A stretch of 63,986 bases of DNA, the filler included. It is 5 parts of 5 records of this genome, joined end to end, with 100 filler letters (N's around TTAATTAATTAA, not from the genome) between each part and the next. Parts side by side here need not be neighbours in the genome. Positions count along the whole stretch, not along the records: positions 10,144 to 30,538 come from SRR2962707_3590; 4 more parts are not named here. One strand, written 5' to 3'. Positions 10,425-19,553 of this stretch are shown piece by piece. The first letter of the stretch is position 1. Every line of letters starts with the position of its first letter. The translations under genes were made by a program, and so were the position numbers. Below the pieces are notes generated by a model that was not told the DNA's origin, ran no database searches, and worked only from the letters and a program-made list of their open reading frames with translations.

Positions 10425-10538
10425 TTCGATCCTCCCTCTCAAGCGATGATGATGACGGCTCACTTCCTCCCCTCCGGCGTCAGATTACCGGTGAAAGCGT
10501 CCGCTTGTTTTGACGGGCGGACTTTGCAACAGGAAACG

Positions 10539-10577
10539 ACTGATGTAAACAGTGATGTGATAACTGATTGTATCAGT
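10539..10577. promoter_or_regulatory. Tandem palindromic operators, probably for the adjacent GntR regulator
   Basis: ACTGAT-GTA-AACAGT (10539-10553) and perfect ACTGAT-TGT-ATCAGT (10563-10577) in the divergent dctP/aldolase promoter region. Confidence 0.65.
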
Positions 10578-10610
10578 GTGTGTACAAGGCCATAGCGGAG
10601 GACTTAAACC

Positions 10611-11525
10611 GTGGCGAATTCAGACCTTTCCGGCATCATTTGCGCTTCGGTGACCCCGGTGAACGCGCAATTTGGAATCGATGCCGGCCGCCTCGCCATG
10701 CATTGTGCGCGCCTATTGGAGACCGGCTGCAGCTTCGTTTCGACCTTCGGCACCACCGGGGAAGGCGCCTCATTTTCGACCAATGAGAAAATCGCCGCCC
10801 TGCGCGCCCTGCGCGATGCCGGGGCCGATATGGGCAAGCAAATTCCCTCGGTGATGACGCCAAGCAGCGACGAGGCCGGGCGCCTGATTGCCGAGATCGC
10901 GGCGCTGGGCTGCCGCGGCGCCCTGGTGCTGCCGCCCTTCTACTATGGCAGCGCAACCGACGCGGGCATTGTCGCCTTTTTCGAAGCCGCACTCGCCAAG
11001 GCAGGCAATCCCGAGCTCGACATCCTGCTCTACAATATTCCGCAATTCTCGCGCATCACGTTCACTCCAAGCCTGGTGAGCAAACTGGTGGCCCGGTTCG
11101 GCGAACGGATCGTGGGCATCAAGGATTCAACCGGCAAGCTCGAAAGCGGTGTCGCGCTGACCTCAGCTTTCCCGCAGCTTTCCGTGTTCACCGGGGACGA
11201 CCGGGTGTTGCCGCATTTGCTCGCCAAGGGCGGGGCCGGAATGATCGGCGGCATGCCGAACCTGTTCGCCTCGGATCTGCGCCGGCTCTATCAGGCGCCT
11301 GATTCCGCAAGTTCAGAGGGATTGAAGGCCAACGCCGCGACCCGCATTGAAGCAGTGGATGGCAATGGCGCGCTGCTTGCGCTCAAGGCAACGCTGGCGG
11401 CACTCTATGGTGACGCCGAGTGGGCGCGCGCCATGCCGCCACTGATAGCCATTTCGCCCGAGCAAGCCGAACTGGTGTTTGACGCTATCGAGGGCACAGG
11501 CTTTGCGGTGCGCTCCGCCGCCTGA
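10611..11525 (+). CDS. Dihydrodipicolinate synthase family (class I) aldolase/dehydratase
   Basis: FGTTGEG, LPPFYY, LYNIPQ, GIKDS Schiff-base lysine; GTG start after GGAGG. Confidence 0.9.
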   Translation: MANSDLSGIICASVTPVNAQFGIDAGRLAMHCARLLETGCSFVSTFGTTGEGASFSTNEKIAALRALRDAGADMGKQIPSVMTPSSDEAGRLIAEIAALGCRGALVLPPFYYGSATDAGIVAFFEAALAKAGNPELDILLYNIPQFSRITFTPSLVSKLVARFGERIVGIKDSTGKLESGVALTSAFPQLSVFTGDDRVLPHLLAKGGAGMIGGMPNLFASDLRRLYQAPDSASSEGLKANAATRIEAVDGNGALLALKATLAALYGDAEWARAMPPLIAISPEQAELVFDAIEGTGFAVRSAA

Positions 11526-11551
11526 TAGAGCCAATGCCTGGGAGGGGAGCC

Positions 11552-12232
11552 ATGGCAAGACACAGCAATGCCGCAACCATCGGGGCCGGACCGGCCTCGG
11601 TCAAGAAGACGGCTTATGAGCGGTTCCAGCAGGAATTGCTCGCCGGCCGTCTGCGCCCCGGACAGGTGGTGTCACAGCGCGAACTGGTGCAGACGCTGGG
11701 GCTCTCCATCGGCGCCCTGCGCGAACTCCTGCCGCGGCTCGAAGCCGAAGGCCTGCTCAATGTGATGCCGCAGCGGGGCATCCAGATCACGACCATCGAT
11801 CTGCCGATGATCCGCGACGCCTATCAGATGCGCATGGCCTTCGAGCGCGAGGCGGCCCTGTTCGCCGTGGACCGGATGCCAGATGCCATGGTCGAGGATC
11901 AAAAGCGGCTGCATCTGGAAAGTCTCGAACGGCTCAAGACCGACCGCACCCCGGCCTTTTTCGAGGAGAGCCAGGATGTCGACAGCCGCTTTCATGAGTT
12001 GCTCGTCGACTTCACCGAGAACGAATTGCTGATCCAGGCCTATGATCTCAATTCCATCCGGGTGCGCCTGATCAAGCTTGACCGGATTACCCTCTCGGCC
12101 ACCACCCTGCCCGCGGCTTTTGGCGATCATCTGGCCATTATCGACGCCATTCTTGAACGTGACCGCTGGAAAGCGGCCGCGGCCATGGAAACCCATATCC
12201 GCAATGCGCGCGAGCGCGCCCTGGCAATCTAG
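11552..12232 (+). CDS. GntR family transcriptional regulator (FCD domain)
   Basis: AYERFQQELLAGRLRPG..SQREL..LRELLPRLEAEGL wHTH; DSRFH, DHLAII, METHI. Confidence 0.92.
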   Translation: MARHSNAATIGAGPASVKKTAYERFQQELLAGRLRPGQVVSQRELVQTLGLSIGALRELLPRLEAEGLLNVMPQRGIQITTIDLPMIRDAYQMRMAFEREAALFAVDRMPDAMVEDQKRLHLESLERLKTDRTPAFFEESQDVDSRFHELLVDFTENELLIQAYDLNSIRVRLIKLDRITLSATTLPAAFGDHLAIIDAILERDRWKAAAAMETHIRNARERALAI

Positions 12233-12265
12233 CCGCGCGCCGCCCTTCAATACCTGATCGAGACC

Positions 12266-14932
12266 GTGACCAAACTGCGTCCCATCGCGCTCCGCTGCGA
12301 GCATCATGCTGCCCCCATGGGCCTCAATCGCCCGGCACCCCGGTTCGACTGGGCGCTGAGCGGCGAGGGCCAAGACCGCCGCCAGAGCGCCTATCGGCTC
12401 GAGGTCAGGGCGGGCGAGACAATCTTGTGGGATAGCGGCAAGGTGCAGTCCGACCAGACCCGGCAGATCGAATATGACGGCGAAGTGCTTGTGTCTGACA
12501 TGCACTGCACCTGGCGCGTCATGGTCTGGGACGAAAAGGGCGCGGCCTCGGACTGGGGTGAAACGCAGCATTTCCGAACCGGGCTGATGCAGCCGAAAGA
12601 CTGGCAGGCGCATTGGATCGGCCGCTATTTCGTGTTGCCGGCCGGCCGCGAGGTGCCGAGCGATAATAGTTATGACAATCGCTGGCAGGCCCGGCCGGCC
12701 GATCATCTGCGGCGGGATTTCGCGATCACCGAAAAGCCGGTGCGCGCCACCGCTTATGTTACCGCGCTCGGGCTCTATGAACTCTACCTCAACGGTGCAC
12801 GGGTTGGCGATGCGGTGATGGCGCCGGGCTGGACCGATTATCACCAGCGGGTGGAGTATCAATCCTATGACGTGACCGGGTTGATCGCGTCCGGCCCCAA
12901 TACCATAGGCGCCCTGCTCGGCGAGGGCTGGTATTCAGGCCGGGTCGGGCACAATCAGCGCCGCGCGGGCAATCATTATGGCGGCCGCCCGGCGCTGCTC
13001 TGCCAGCTCCATCTCGAATATGGAGATGGGCGGATCGAAAAGATTGTCACCAACGAAAGCTGGACCACCAGCCAGGGGCCGGTCTACTACAGCGACTTCC
13101 TGATGGGCGAGCAATATGATGCACGCCTTGAGATGCCGGGCTGGGCCGAGCCGGGATTTGATGCCTCGCGCTGGCAACCGGTGGACGTATTCGTCCCCGA
13201 TCCGCGCCCGCCACATCTGGAAGCGAGCCGCGCGCCGCAAGTGCGCGAGACGGTTCGATTTACGGGTCACTATTTGCGCCAGGCAAAGAGCGGCGGGCAC
13301 ATCTATGATTTCGGACAGAACATTGCCGGCTATGTCGCGCTGGAGCTGAGCGGAAAAGCCGGTGACCGGTTCACCTTGCGCCATGGCGAAGTCCTTGATG
13401 GCAAGGGCGAACTATATGTCGCCAATCTGCGCCATGCCGTGGCGACTGATCACTACATCGCCAAGGGTGCAGCTCGCGAAAGCTTCAAGCCACGCTTCAC
13501 CTTCCACGGCTTTCGCTATGTGGAGCTGACTTTGCCAGAGGGGGCGTTACCCGACCACATCACAATGACTGGCATTGCCATTCACAACGACTTGCCGATG
13601 ACCGGCTCCATGCGCACCGGCTCGGACATGGTCAATCAGCTCCTGTCCAATATCGAGTGGAGCCAGCGCGATAATTTCATCTCGGTTCCCACCGATTGCC
13701 CGCAGCGCGATGAACGCTATGGCTGGAGCGCGGATGCGCAGGTGTTCTGGAAAACGGCCGGCTATGTGATGGATGTCTCGGCTTTTCTCGAAAAGTGGTT
13801 CGAGGACATTGCCGAGGCGCAACTGCCCGATGGCGCCTTCACCGATGTCGCGCCCTCCAAACCGCTCAACCCCTATAGAATCACCGCCCAGCCGGGCGCG
13901 CCGGGTTGGGGGGACGCACCGGTCATTCTCGCCTGGCAGCATTGGCTGGGTTATGGCGACAGGGCGCTGGTGGAAAAGTACTATGACCGGCTGGTCGCCT
14001 GGCTGAAACACATTGCCGATGCCAATCCGGACCATTTGCGCATCAATGCGGTCTACAACAATTATGGCGACTGGCTGAGTGTCGGCCCCGCCTCGGACCG
14101 CACCATGGTGGCAACCGCCTATTGGGTGCTGGTGGCCGACCTGATGGCAAAACTCTCCGGCGTGGTCGGGCGTGCCGATATGGTCGCGCACTATGAGGCG
14201 CAGGCCAAGGCCGTGCGCGCTGCGTTCATTGCGGCCTTTGTCGATGATGATGGCCGTATCACGGGCGATACACAGACCGCCTATCTGTTGGCACTCGATT
14301 TTGCGATCCTGCCCGCGGACCTGCACAGGAAAGCCCCCGCGCATTTGCTGCGCAAGCTCGATGAGGCCGAAGGGCATTTGCAGACCGGGTTCCTGGGGGT
14401 GAAGCATCTTTGCCCGGTGCTGAGCGATATCGGTTCGCCCGAACGCGCCTATGACCTGCTCCTGAACGAAAGCTATCCAAGCTGGGGCTTTTCTATTGCC
14501 CAGGGCGCCACCACGATCTGGGAGCGCTGGGATGGCTGGACCAGCGAAAACGGCTTTCAGAGCGCCAATATGAACTCGTTCAACCACTATGCCTATGGCG
14601 CGGTGGGCGAATGGCTCTATGCCCGCGTGGCCGGCATCGACTGGGAAGAAGATGGTCCGGGCTATTCCTCCATCCGCATGCGCCCGCTGTTCGACAAGCG
14701 GCTGGGCTGGGTGAAGGCGCATTACGATGCCCCCACTGGCCGGATCGAAAGCGCCTGGCGCATCGCGGGTGAGATGATCGCCTGGGAAATCTCCATTCCA
14801 CCCAATTGCACCGGGCAGATCGAATTGCCGCGAGCACCGCTCTCCATCCGCGCGGGCGACACGCCCCTGCCCTTGACCGGCCCGACAACGACCCTTGGCT
14901 CGGGTCGCTACAGTTTCACGCTCCCCATTTGA
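12266..14932 (+). CDS. Alpha-L-rhamnosidase, GH78
   Basis: YVTALGLYELYLNG, DFGQN, FTFHGFRY, PTDCPQRDER, GATTIWERW, MNSFNHYAYG. Confidence 0.95.
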   Translation: MTKLRPIALRCEHHAAPMGLNRPAPRFDWALSGEGQDRRQSAYRLEVRAGETILWDSGKVQSDQTRQIEYDGEVLVSDMHCTWRVMVWDEKGAASDWGETQHFRTGLMQPKDWQAHWIGRYFVLPAGREVPSDNSYDNRWQARPADHLRRDFAITEKPVRATAYVTALGLYELYLNGARVGDAVMAPGWTDYHQRVEYQSYDVTGLIASGPNTIGALLGEGWYSGRVGHNQRRAGNHYGGRPALLCQLHLEYGDGRIEKIVTNESWTTSQGPVYYSDFLMGEQYDARLEMPGWAEPGFDASRWQPVDVFVPDPRPPHLEASRAPQVRETVRFTGHYLRQAKSGGHIYDFGQNIAGYVALELSGKAGDRFTLRHGEVLDGKGELYVANLRHAVATDHYIAKGAARESFKPRFTFHGFRYVELTLPEGALPDHITMTGIAIHNDLPMTGSMRTGSDMVNQLLSNIEWSQRDNFISVPTDCPQRDERYGWSADAQVFWKTAGYVMDVSAFLEKWFEDIAEAQLPDGAFTDVAPSKPLNPYRITAQPGAPGWGDAPVILAWQHWLGYGDRALVEKYYDRLVAWLKHIADANPDHLRINAVYNNYGDWLSVGPASDRTMVATAYWVLVADLMAKLSGVVGRADMVAHYEAQAKAVRAAFIAAFVDDDGRITGDTQTAYLLALDFAILPADLHRKAPAHLLRKLDEAEGHLQTGFLGVKHLCPVLSDIGSPERAYDLLLNESYPSWGFSIAQGATTIWERWDGWTSENGFQSANMNSFNHYAYGAVGEWLYARVAGIDWEEDGPGYSSIRMRPLFDKRLGWVKAHYDAPTGRIESAWRIAGEMIAWEISIPPNCTGQIELPRAPLSIRAGDTPLPLTGPTTTLGSGRYSFTLPI

Positions 14933-14943
14933 CCGAGACCAAT

Positions 14944-17346
14944 ATGACCAACGCCCAGCCGCCCCTGTTGCACATGATCGGCAATGCCCATCTCGATCCG
15001 GTCTGGCTCTGGCGCTGGCAGGAGGGATGCGCTGAAGCCATCGGCACCTGCTGGGCGGCTGTTGACCGGCTGCGCGAGGGCGAAGGCTTCGTCTTCACCA
15101 AGGGCGAAGCGCATATCTATCGCTGGATCGAGGAGCTGGAGCCGGCGCTGTTCGCCGAGATCCAGCGCTATGTCAAAGAAAAGCGCTGGATCATCGTCAA
15201 TGGCTGGTGGATCCAGCCCGATTGCAATGTGCCAAACGGCGAAAGCGTTATCCGCCAGGCCCTCTACGGCAAGGGCTATTTCATCGATAAATTCGGCATC
15301 GAGCCAACCACGGGCTACAATGTCGACAGTTTCGGGCATCCGGGCACGTTTCCGATGCTGCTTCGGCATACCGGCTTTACCAGCTACACCTTCATGCGGC
15401 CCGGCCCACATGAAATGGATCTGCCCGGCGAGTTGTTCACCTGGCGGTCGCCGGATGGGTCTTCACTGCCGGCCTTCCGCATCCAGGACGCCTACAACAC
15501 CTCCAAGCGCTCGACGCCGCTATCGCCCAAGATCGACCAGCACTATGACCATATGGACAAGCACGGACATGCGTTCATGTGTTTCTATGGCGTCGGCAAT
15601 CACGGCGGGGCGCCGACCATCGACAATATCGAGGAAATCGAAAAGCGGATCGCGCGCGGGGAGGCCCTTGCCTACTCCGATCCTGAACGGTTCTTCCGCG
15701 AGGTCGATGCAAGCGGTCTGCCGGTGGTGGAAAGCGCTCTGCAATTCCACGCCATTGGTTGCTATTCGGTGGCCTCGTCGCTCAAGGCGCTCAATCGCAA
15801 GGCGGAAAGCCTGCTGGAACAGGCAGAGGCGGCTGCAGCCCTGGCCCACAGGGCCACGGGCATTTCCTATCCGGCCGAGCAGTTTGCGTCGCTTTGGCAG
15901 ATCCTGCTGTTCAACCAGTTCCACGACACCTTGGGCGGCACCAGCATCGAGTCCGCGTGCCTGGACAGCGAACGCGAGCTGGCCGGGGTTATTGCCAGTG
16001 CCGAAGCGCTGCTGAACGCTGCGGTGCGTCGTCTTGATGGCACCATTGCCCCGCCAATCGAGCCGACCGACGCCACCTTTGTCGTGATGAATTTTGCGGG
16101 AACGCCGTCGAACGGGCTGGTCGAGGCCGAGCCCTGGGTCGACAAAGACACGGAAACACCACGCTTGCTGCTCGATGAGGCAGGCAATTCCATCCCGTTC
16201 CAATATGTCGATCCGGCAGGCAAGACGACCGGCCTGCAGCGCCTCGCCTTTCCGCTCAATGTGCCGGCCTACGGCTATCGCGTGCTGCGATTTGCGGCGG
16301 CCGGTTGCGGCGCTACCGCCCCCACGGTCAGTTTTGGGCAGCCCCATACCGGACCGCTGAATTTTGAGACCGATGGCTATAATGTCGAACTGTGCCGCGA
16401 GACCGGCGCCATCACGCGGTTGGTCAATCGCAGCAATGGCGTTGAGGTCTTTACTGATCGTGGTCACCGCGGGGTGGTTGTCGATGACCCGAGCGACACC
16501 TGGACCCATGGCACGGACCGCTTCGGTTTCGAGGGCCGCGACATGACCCTGGAAGGCGTAAAGCTGGTGGAAAGCGGCCCTGTTCGGACCACCATAGAAG
16601 TGACCGCCAGCCACGGTGCGTCCCGTCTCGCTACCACCATTGTGATCCCGATGGACGGATCGCTACCGGTTGAACTACGGGTGGCGCTGGACTGGCGCGA
16701 ACAGCGGAAACTGTTGCGCCTCGCTTATCCGCTGGGCGGGCAGAAATTCGAGTATGAGGTGGCCGGCGGCTGGGACAGCGCGCCTGACACGGGCCGCGAA
16801 GTGCCCGGACAGCGTTGGGTGCGTGTCAGCGCTGCCGCGCACGATGTCGCTCTGGTCAATGACGCCAAATATTCCTATGCGGCGCAAGACAGCACTCTCT
16901 ACCTGACAGCCGTTCGTTCCCCGATCTTCGCCCATCACGACCCGATCCCGGCAGAGGATGGTGCACGCTATCGGCATATGGATCAGGGAGAGCAAATGTT
17001 CTCGATCCTGCTGCATGCCGCGCCGAAGCTCGACCGGCTGGAGGCTGCCAAACTGGCAGAGCGCCTCAACAAGCCGGTGGTGACCACCCCGCATGTGAGC
17101 CGCGGCGGGACCGGCGCTCATGCTGGGCAATGGCTGCCTGTCGCAAGCGAAGGCGGCATGGTCACCGCACTCAAGGGCGCGGAGAGTGGGAAGGGGTTGA
17201 TTGTCCGGGCGATTGATTTGTCCGGAGAAGGATGCACCGTCGGCATAGGGGCCGAGCGAGCCCCTGTCGCCCCCCGTGGCATTGCGAGTCTGCGGTTGGC
17301 AGGCGATCAGTTGCTGGCCTGCGACGGACTGGAACGCACTCTATAA
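14944..17346 (+). CDS. Alpha-mannosidase, GH38
   Basis: GNAHLDPVWLW, VDSFGH, YGVGNHGG, FNQFHD; start at ATG 14944. Confidence 0.92.
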   Translation: MTNAQPPLLHMIGNAHLDPVWLWRWQEGCAEAIGTCWAAVDRLREGEGFVFTKGEAHIYRWIEELEPALFAEIQRYVKEKRWIIVNGWWIQPDCNVPNGESVIRQALYGKGYFIDKFGIEPTTGYNVDSFGHPGTFPMLLRHTGFTSYTFMRPGPHEMDLPGELFTWRSPDGSSLPAFRIQDAYNTSKRSTPLSPKIDQHYDHMDKHGHAFMCFYGVGNHGGAPTIDNIEEIEKRIARGEALAYSDPERFFREVDASGLPVVESALQFHAIGCYSVASSLKALNRKAESLLEQAEAAAALAHRATGISYPAEQFASLWQILLFNQFHDTLGGTSIESACLDSERELAGVIASAEALLNAAVRRLDGTIAPPIEPTDATFVVMNFAGTPSNGLVEAEPWVDKDTETPRLLLDEAGNSIPFQYVDPAGKTTGLQRLAFPLNVPAYGYRVLRFAAAGCGATAPTVSFGQPHTGPLNFETDGYNVELCRETGAITRLVNRSNGVEVFTDRGHRGVVVDDPSDTWTHGTDRFGFEGRDMTLEGVKLVESGPVRTTIEVTASHGASRLATTIVIPMDGSLPVELRVALDWREQRKLLRLAYPLGGQKFEYEVAGGWDSAPDTGREVPGQRWVRVSAAAHDVALVNDAKYSYAAQDSTLYLTAVRSPIFAHHDPIPAEDGARYRHMDQGEQMFSILLHAAPKLDRLEAAKLAERLNKPVVTTPHVSRGGTGAHAGQWLPVASEGGMVTALKGAESGKGLIVRAIDLSGEGCTVGIGAERAPVAPRGIASLRLAGDQLLACDGLERTL

Positions 17347-17412
17347 GTGCGCAGGTGGCGAGTCTAACCGGACAGGCTGCAGCCACTGACTTGTTGTGCA
17401 TTGCGCTACTTG

Positions 17413-17705
17413 TCAGGACCGTATTGTCCGGATGCGAATGGCGAGGTTTGGCTTGGCTGGAAGTTTGACGGCAAAGGCGGCGTCGGGTTCGCGCGCCAGG
17501 CTTGACCGCCCCGTGCCGGACCGGATGGTCTTCGGGCGCGGCAATGCGCTCCGCCGGCGTGACGCTCATCGTCCAGGTGTCGATGATATCCACGTCATAT
17601 TCACCGGGCTGCCTGGGCAGGCCATAGGCCCAGATTTCCGTCTGGTGTTCGCCCAGATAGATAATGGTGGTGTTTCCATCGCGCGCGGCTGAGACGCGGC
17701 CGGCG
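17413..17705 (-). pseudogene. Relic 3' end (DUF5605 part) of a third DUF4038-type gene, frameshifted
   Basis: AARDG..GLP..GEYDVDIIDTWTMSVTPA..PVRHG aligns by eye to the C-terminus of 19554-21074; after a 1-nt shift near 17492 it continues EPDAAFAVKLPAKPNLAIRIR* (paralog KPDAAFGVELPGKPNLALRVR). Confidence 0.85.
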
Positions 17706-17865
17706 AAACGCATGCCGGTCTCGATGGGCTCACCCACCGACTGAGTCTGACGCTTTGCGCTGGCGCCCGATGTAGCGCTGGATAGCATCCCCGCCAACCA
17801 CGACCCCGCTCCAGCAGGCAGCGATCAGGTCGCCGCGCGTGACGGTCTCACCGCGGCAGCGTGCC

Positions 17866-18110
17866 ATAGGGAAACACCCCTAGGGCGAGTTCAAGCTGAC
17901 CAGGCGTGGAGCGGAACTTGCAGATAGGCCGGGCGAGCTTCTCGCGTCGCTCATTCCTTCTTTTGTTCTTGAAACTGACTACGCCTCGTATGCCCGCCTT
18001 GACGAGCGTCCATTTGGTAAATGGGACACATGTTTGAATGTCATCAACGTCGAGGCAGAGCATGGCAGATCCGAGCAGGCTCTTTTTGTAGCCTTCAGCT
18101 TGGGAGTTTT
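17866..18110 (+). pseudogene. Possible remnant of a hypothetical protein gene
   Basis: Start-less frame GKHP*GEFKLTRRGAELADRPGELLASLIPSFVLETDYASYARLDERPFGKWDTCLNVINVEAEHG reads as protein-like and contains an in-frame TAG at 17881; lower GC than flanks. Confidence 0.4.
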
Positions 18111-18515
18111 GGCTGGGGCGCCAGGATTCTCAGCTAGGCAGCCTGAAAAACTAAGTCTGAACCGCGCTGGCTTTGCCGGAGGCCATTTGGTCTAAGTTAT
18201 GCGGCCATGGCCGGTTGATCCAGTGCGGCGTAGTAGTTTGCTTCGGCTTCGGCGGCCGTCAGGCGGCTTGCGGCCCCTACCCTGCCCTTCCGCCAAGCTT
18301 GACCAATGACTGAAATGGGGCCGTAAGCGGTCTGTCCGCAATAATTGACGGAATGCTCCTAGCGGACGAGCACCACATGTTACCGTTGAACCATGCTCTA
18401 AGTGTGGTGGCTCCGAGAACTGGTTACCGTCCTGAGATGACGCTTTTGCGGCCAGAAAGGCTAGACTGGTGCTGGCTTGATACCGACCGAACAAATCGTC
18501 GATCGGCGAGCCCTA

Positions 18516-19541
18516 TCACGCCACCATCCAGTCCGCCCGCCGCTTCAGATCTTCCTGGACAGCACTTCGCCAGCGGTACACAGTCTGCGCACCGGCTGGA
18601 TCGTCCCACCAATGGTTTTTGTTCGGATCGGGTCGAACGAAACGACCACCCCATCCATCCTGATCCGGCCGCTCGGGATCATTGACGCCAAAGACGGCGC
18701 CGAGCAGGTGCAGGAATGAAGGCGTATCACCCTCCCAGATTCCGGGGAGATGGGCATTGAACCCGCTGCGGGGATAGGTGGCGCCAAGCGGCCCATGGTC
18801 TTCCCGCAGGTGCTGGTTGACCCAGTGGAGATCGCCCAGCGCGTGGTCCGATCCGGGCGCGTTCCAGAACATGCCCTTGTAGTTCTCTTCCGAGACAATG
18901 ACGAAGAGCTCGGGGAACTCCTCCAACAGCCAGTCGGCGGTATTGTCCTGTCGGGCGATCAGGTAGATTCGCAGTTTGGTCAGGAACCGGGCCAACTCCT
19001 TGGGGCTGCGAGTGGCGCGTACTTTCCAAATGGCCTTGGCCACTTCCACCGGGCCGCCCCAGACGCACACCCAGACCGGTCGGTCGTCATTCTTGTCGAC
19101 AATGCGGATGATTGCCTCGGACGCTTCGTTTTCGAGCCCCTCACCCAGCATCTGGTCGACTGGAATGCCGCCACGGAAATAGGGCGAGCCCCAGGTGCCA
19201 TCCTGTCCCTGATATGTCACAGCCCGCAAAGCATCGGCCGTGGGATAGCGGCCGTCATGACGAGCAAGATTTGGCTGCACCTGCTCATAGATATCGAGCA
19301 TGTCGAGGATGTGCTGCTTGATTGCGATATTGGCAAAACTGCCGGCCGAGGCGATCAACGCCTCGACCTCCAGATCGTTACTGCACATCAACAGTCGAAC
19401 CATCGACTGAACGTCATCCGGATCGGAATAGCGCTCAGGCGGCTCTCCTTTCTGGTAGACGCTGCCCGGGATGACATCCACCGGGGGGAAATCGGTCATG
19501 ACGATGACGCGTGGGCGGATGGCGCTGTTGGTAGCGGTCAT
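18516..19541 (-). CDS. DUF1593 nucleoside-hydrolase-like protein
   Basis: RVIVMTD, DPDDVQSMVRLL, DDRPVWVCVWGG, QDN, EGDTPSFL, WGGRF, RADW; GGAGGG RBS. Confidence 0.88.
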   Translation of the reverse strand: MTATNSAIRPRVIVMTDFPPVDVIPGSVYQKGEPPERYSDPDDVQSMVRLLMCSNDLEVEALIASAGSFANIAIKQHILDMLDIYEQVQPNLARHDGRYPTADALRAVTYQGQDGTWGSPYFRGGIPVDQMLGEGLENEASEAIIRIVDKNDDRPVWVCVWGGPVEVAKAIWKVRATRSPKELARFLTKLRIYLIARQDNTADWLLEEFPELFVIVSEENYKGMFWNAPGSDHALGDLHWVNQHLREDHGPLGATYPRSGFNAHLPGIWEGDTPSFLHLLGAVFGVNDPERPDQDGWGGRFVRPDPNKNHWWDDPAGAQTVYRWRSAVQEDLKRRADWMVA

Positions 19542-19553
19542 GGCGCCCTCCAC

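Noticed and set aside
17171-17797. 208-aa ORF as an intact gene
   Set aside because: Only the middle matches the DUF5605 paralogue; it then frameshifts and runs antisense into GH38, so it is treated as a pseudogene
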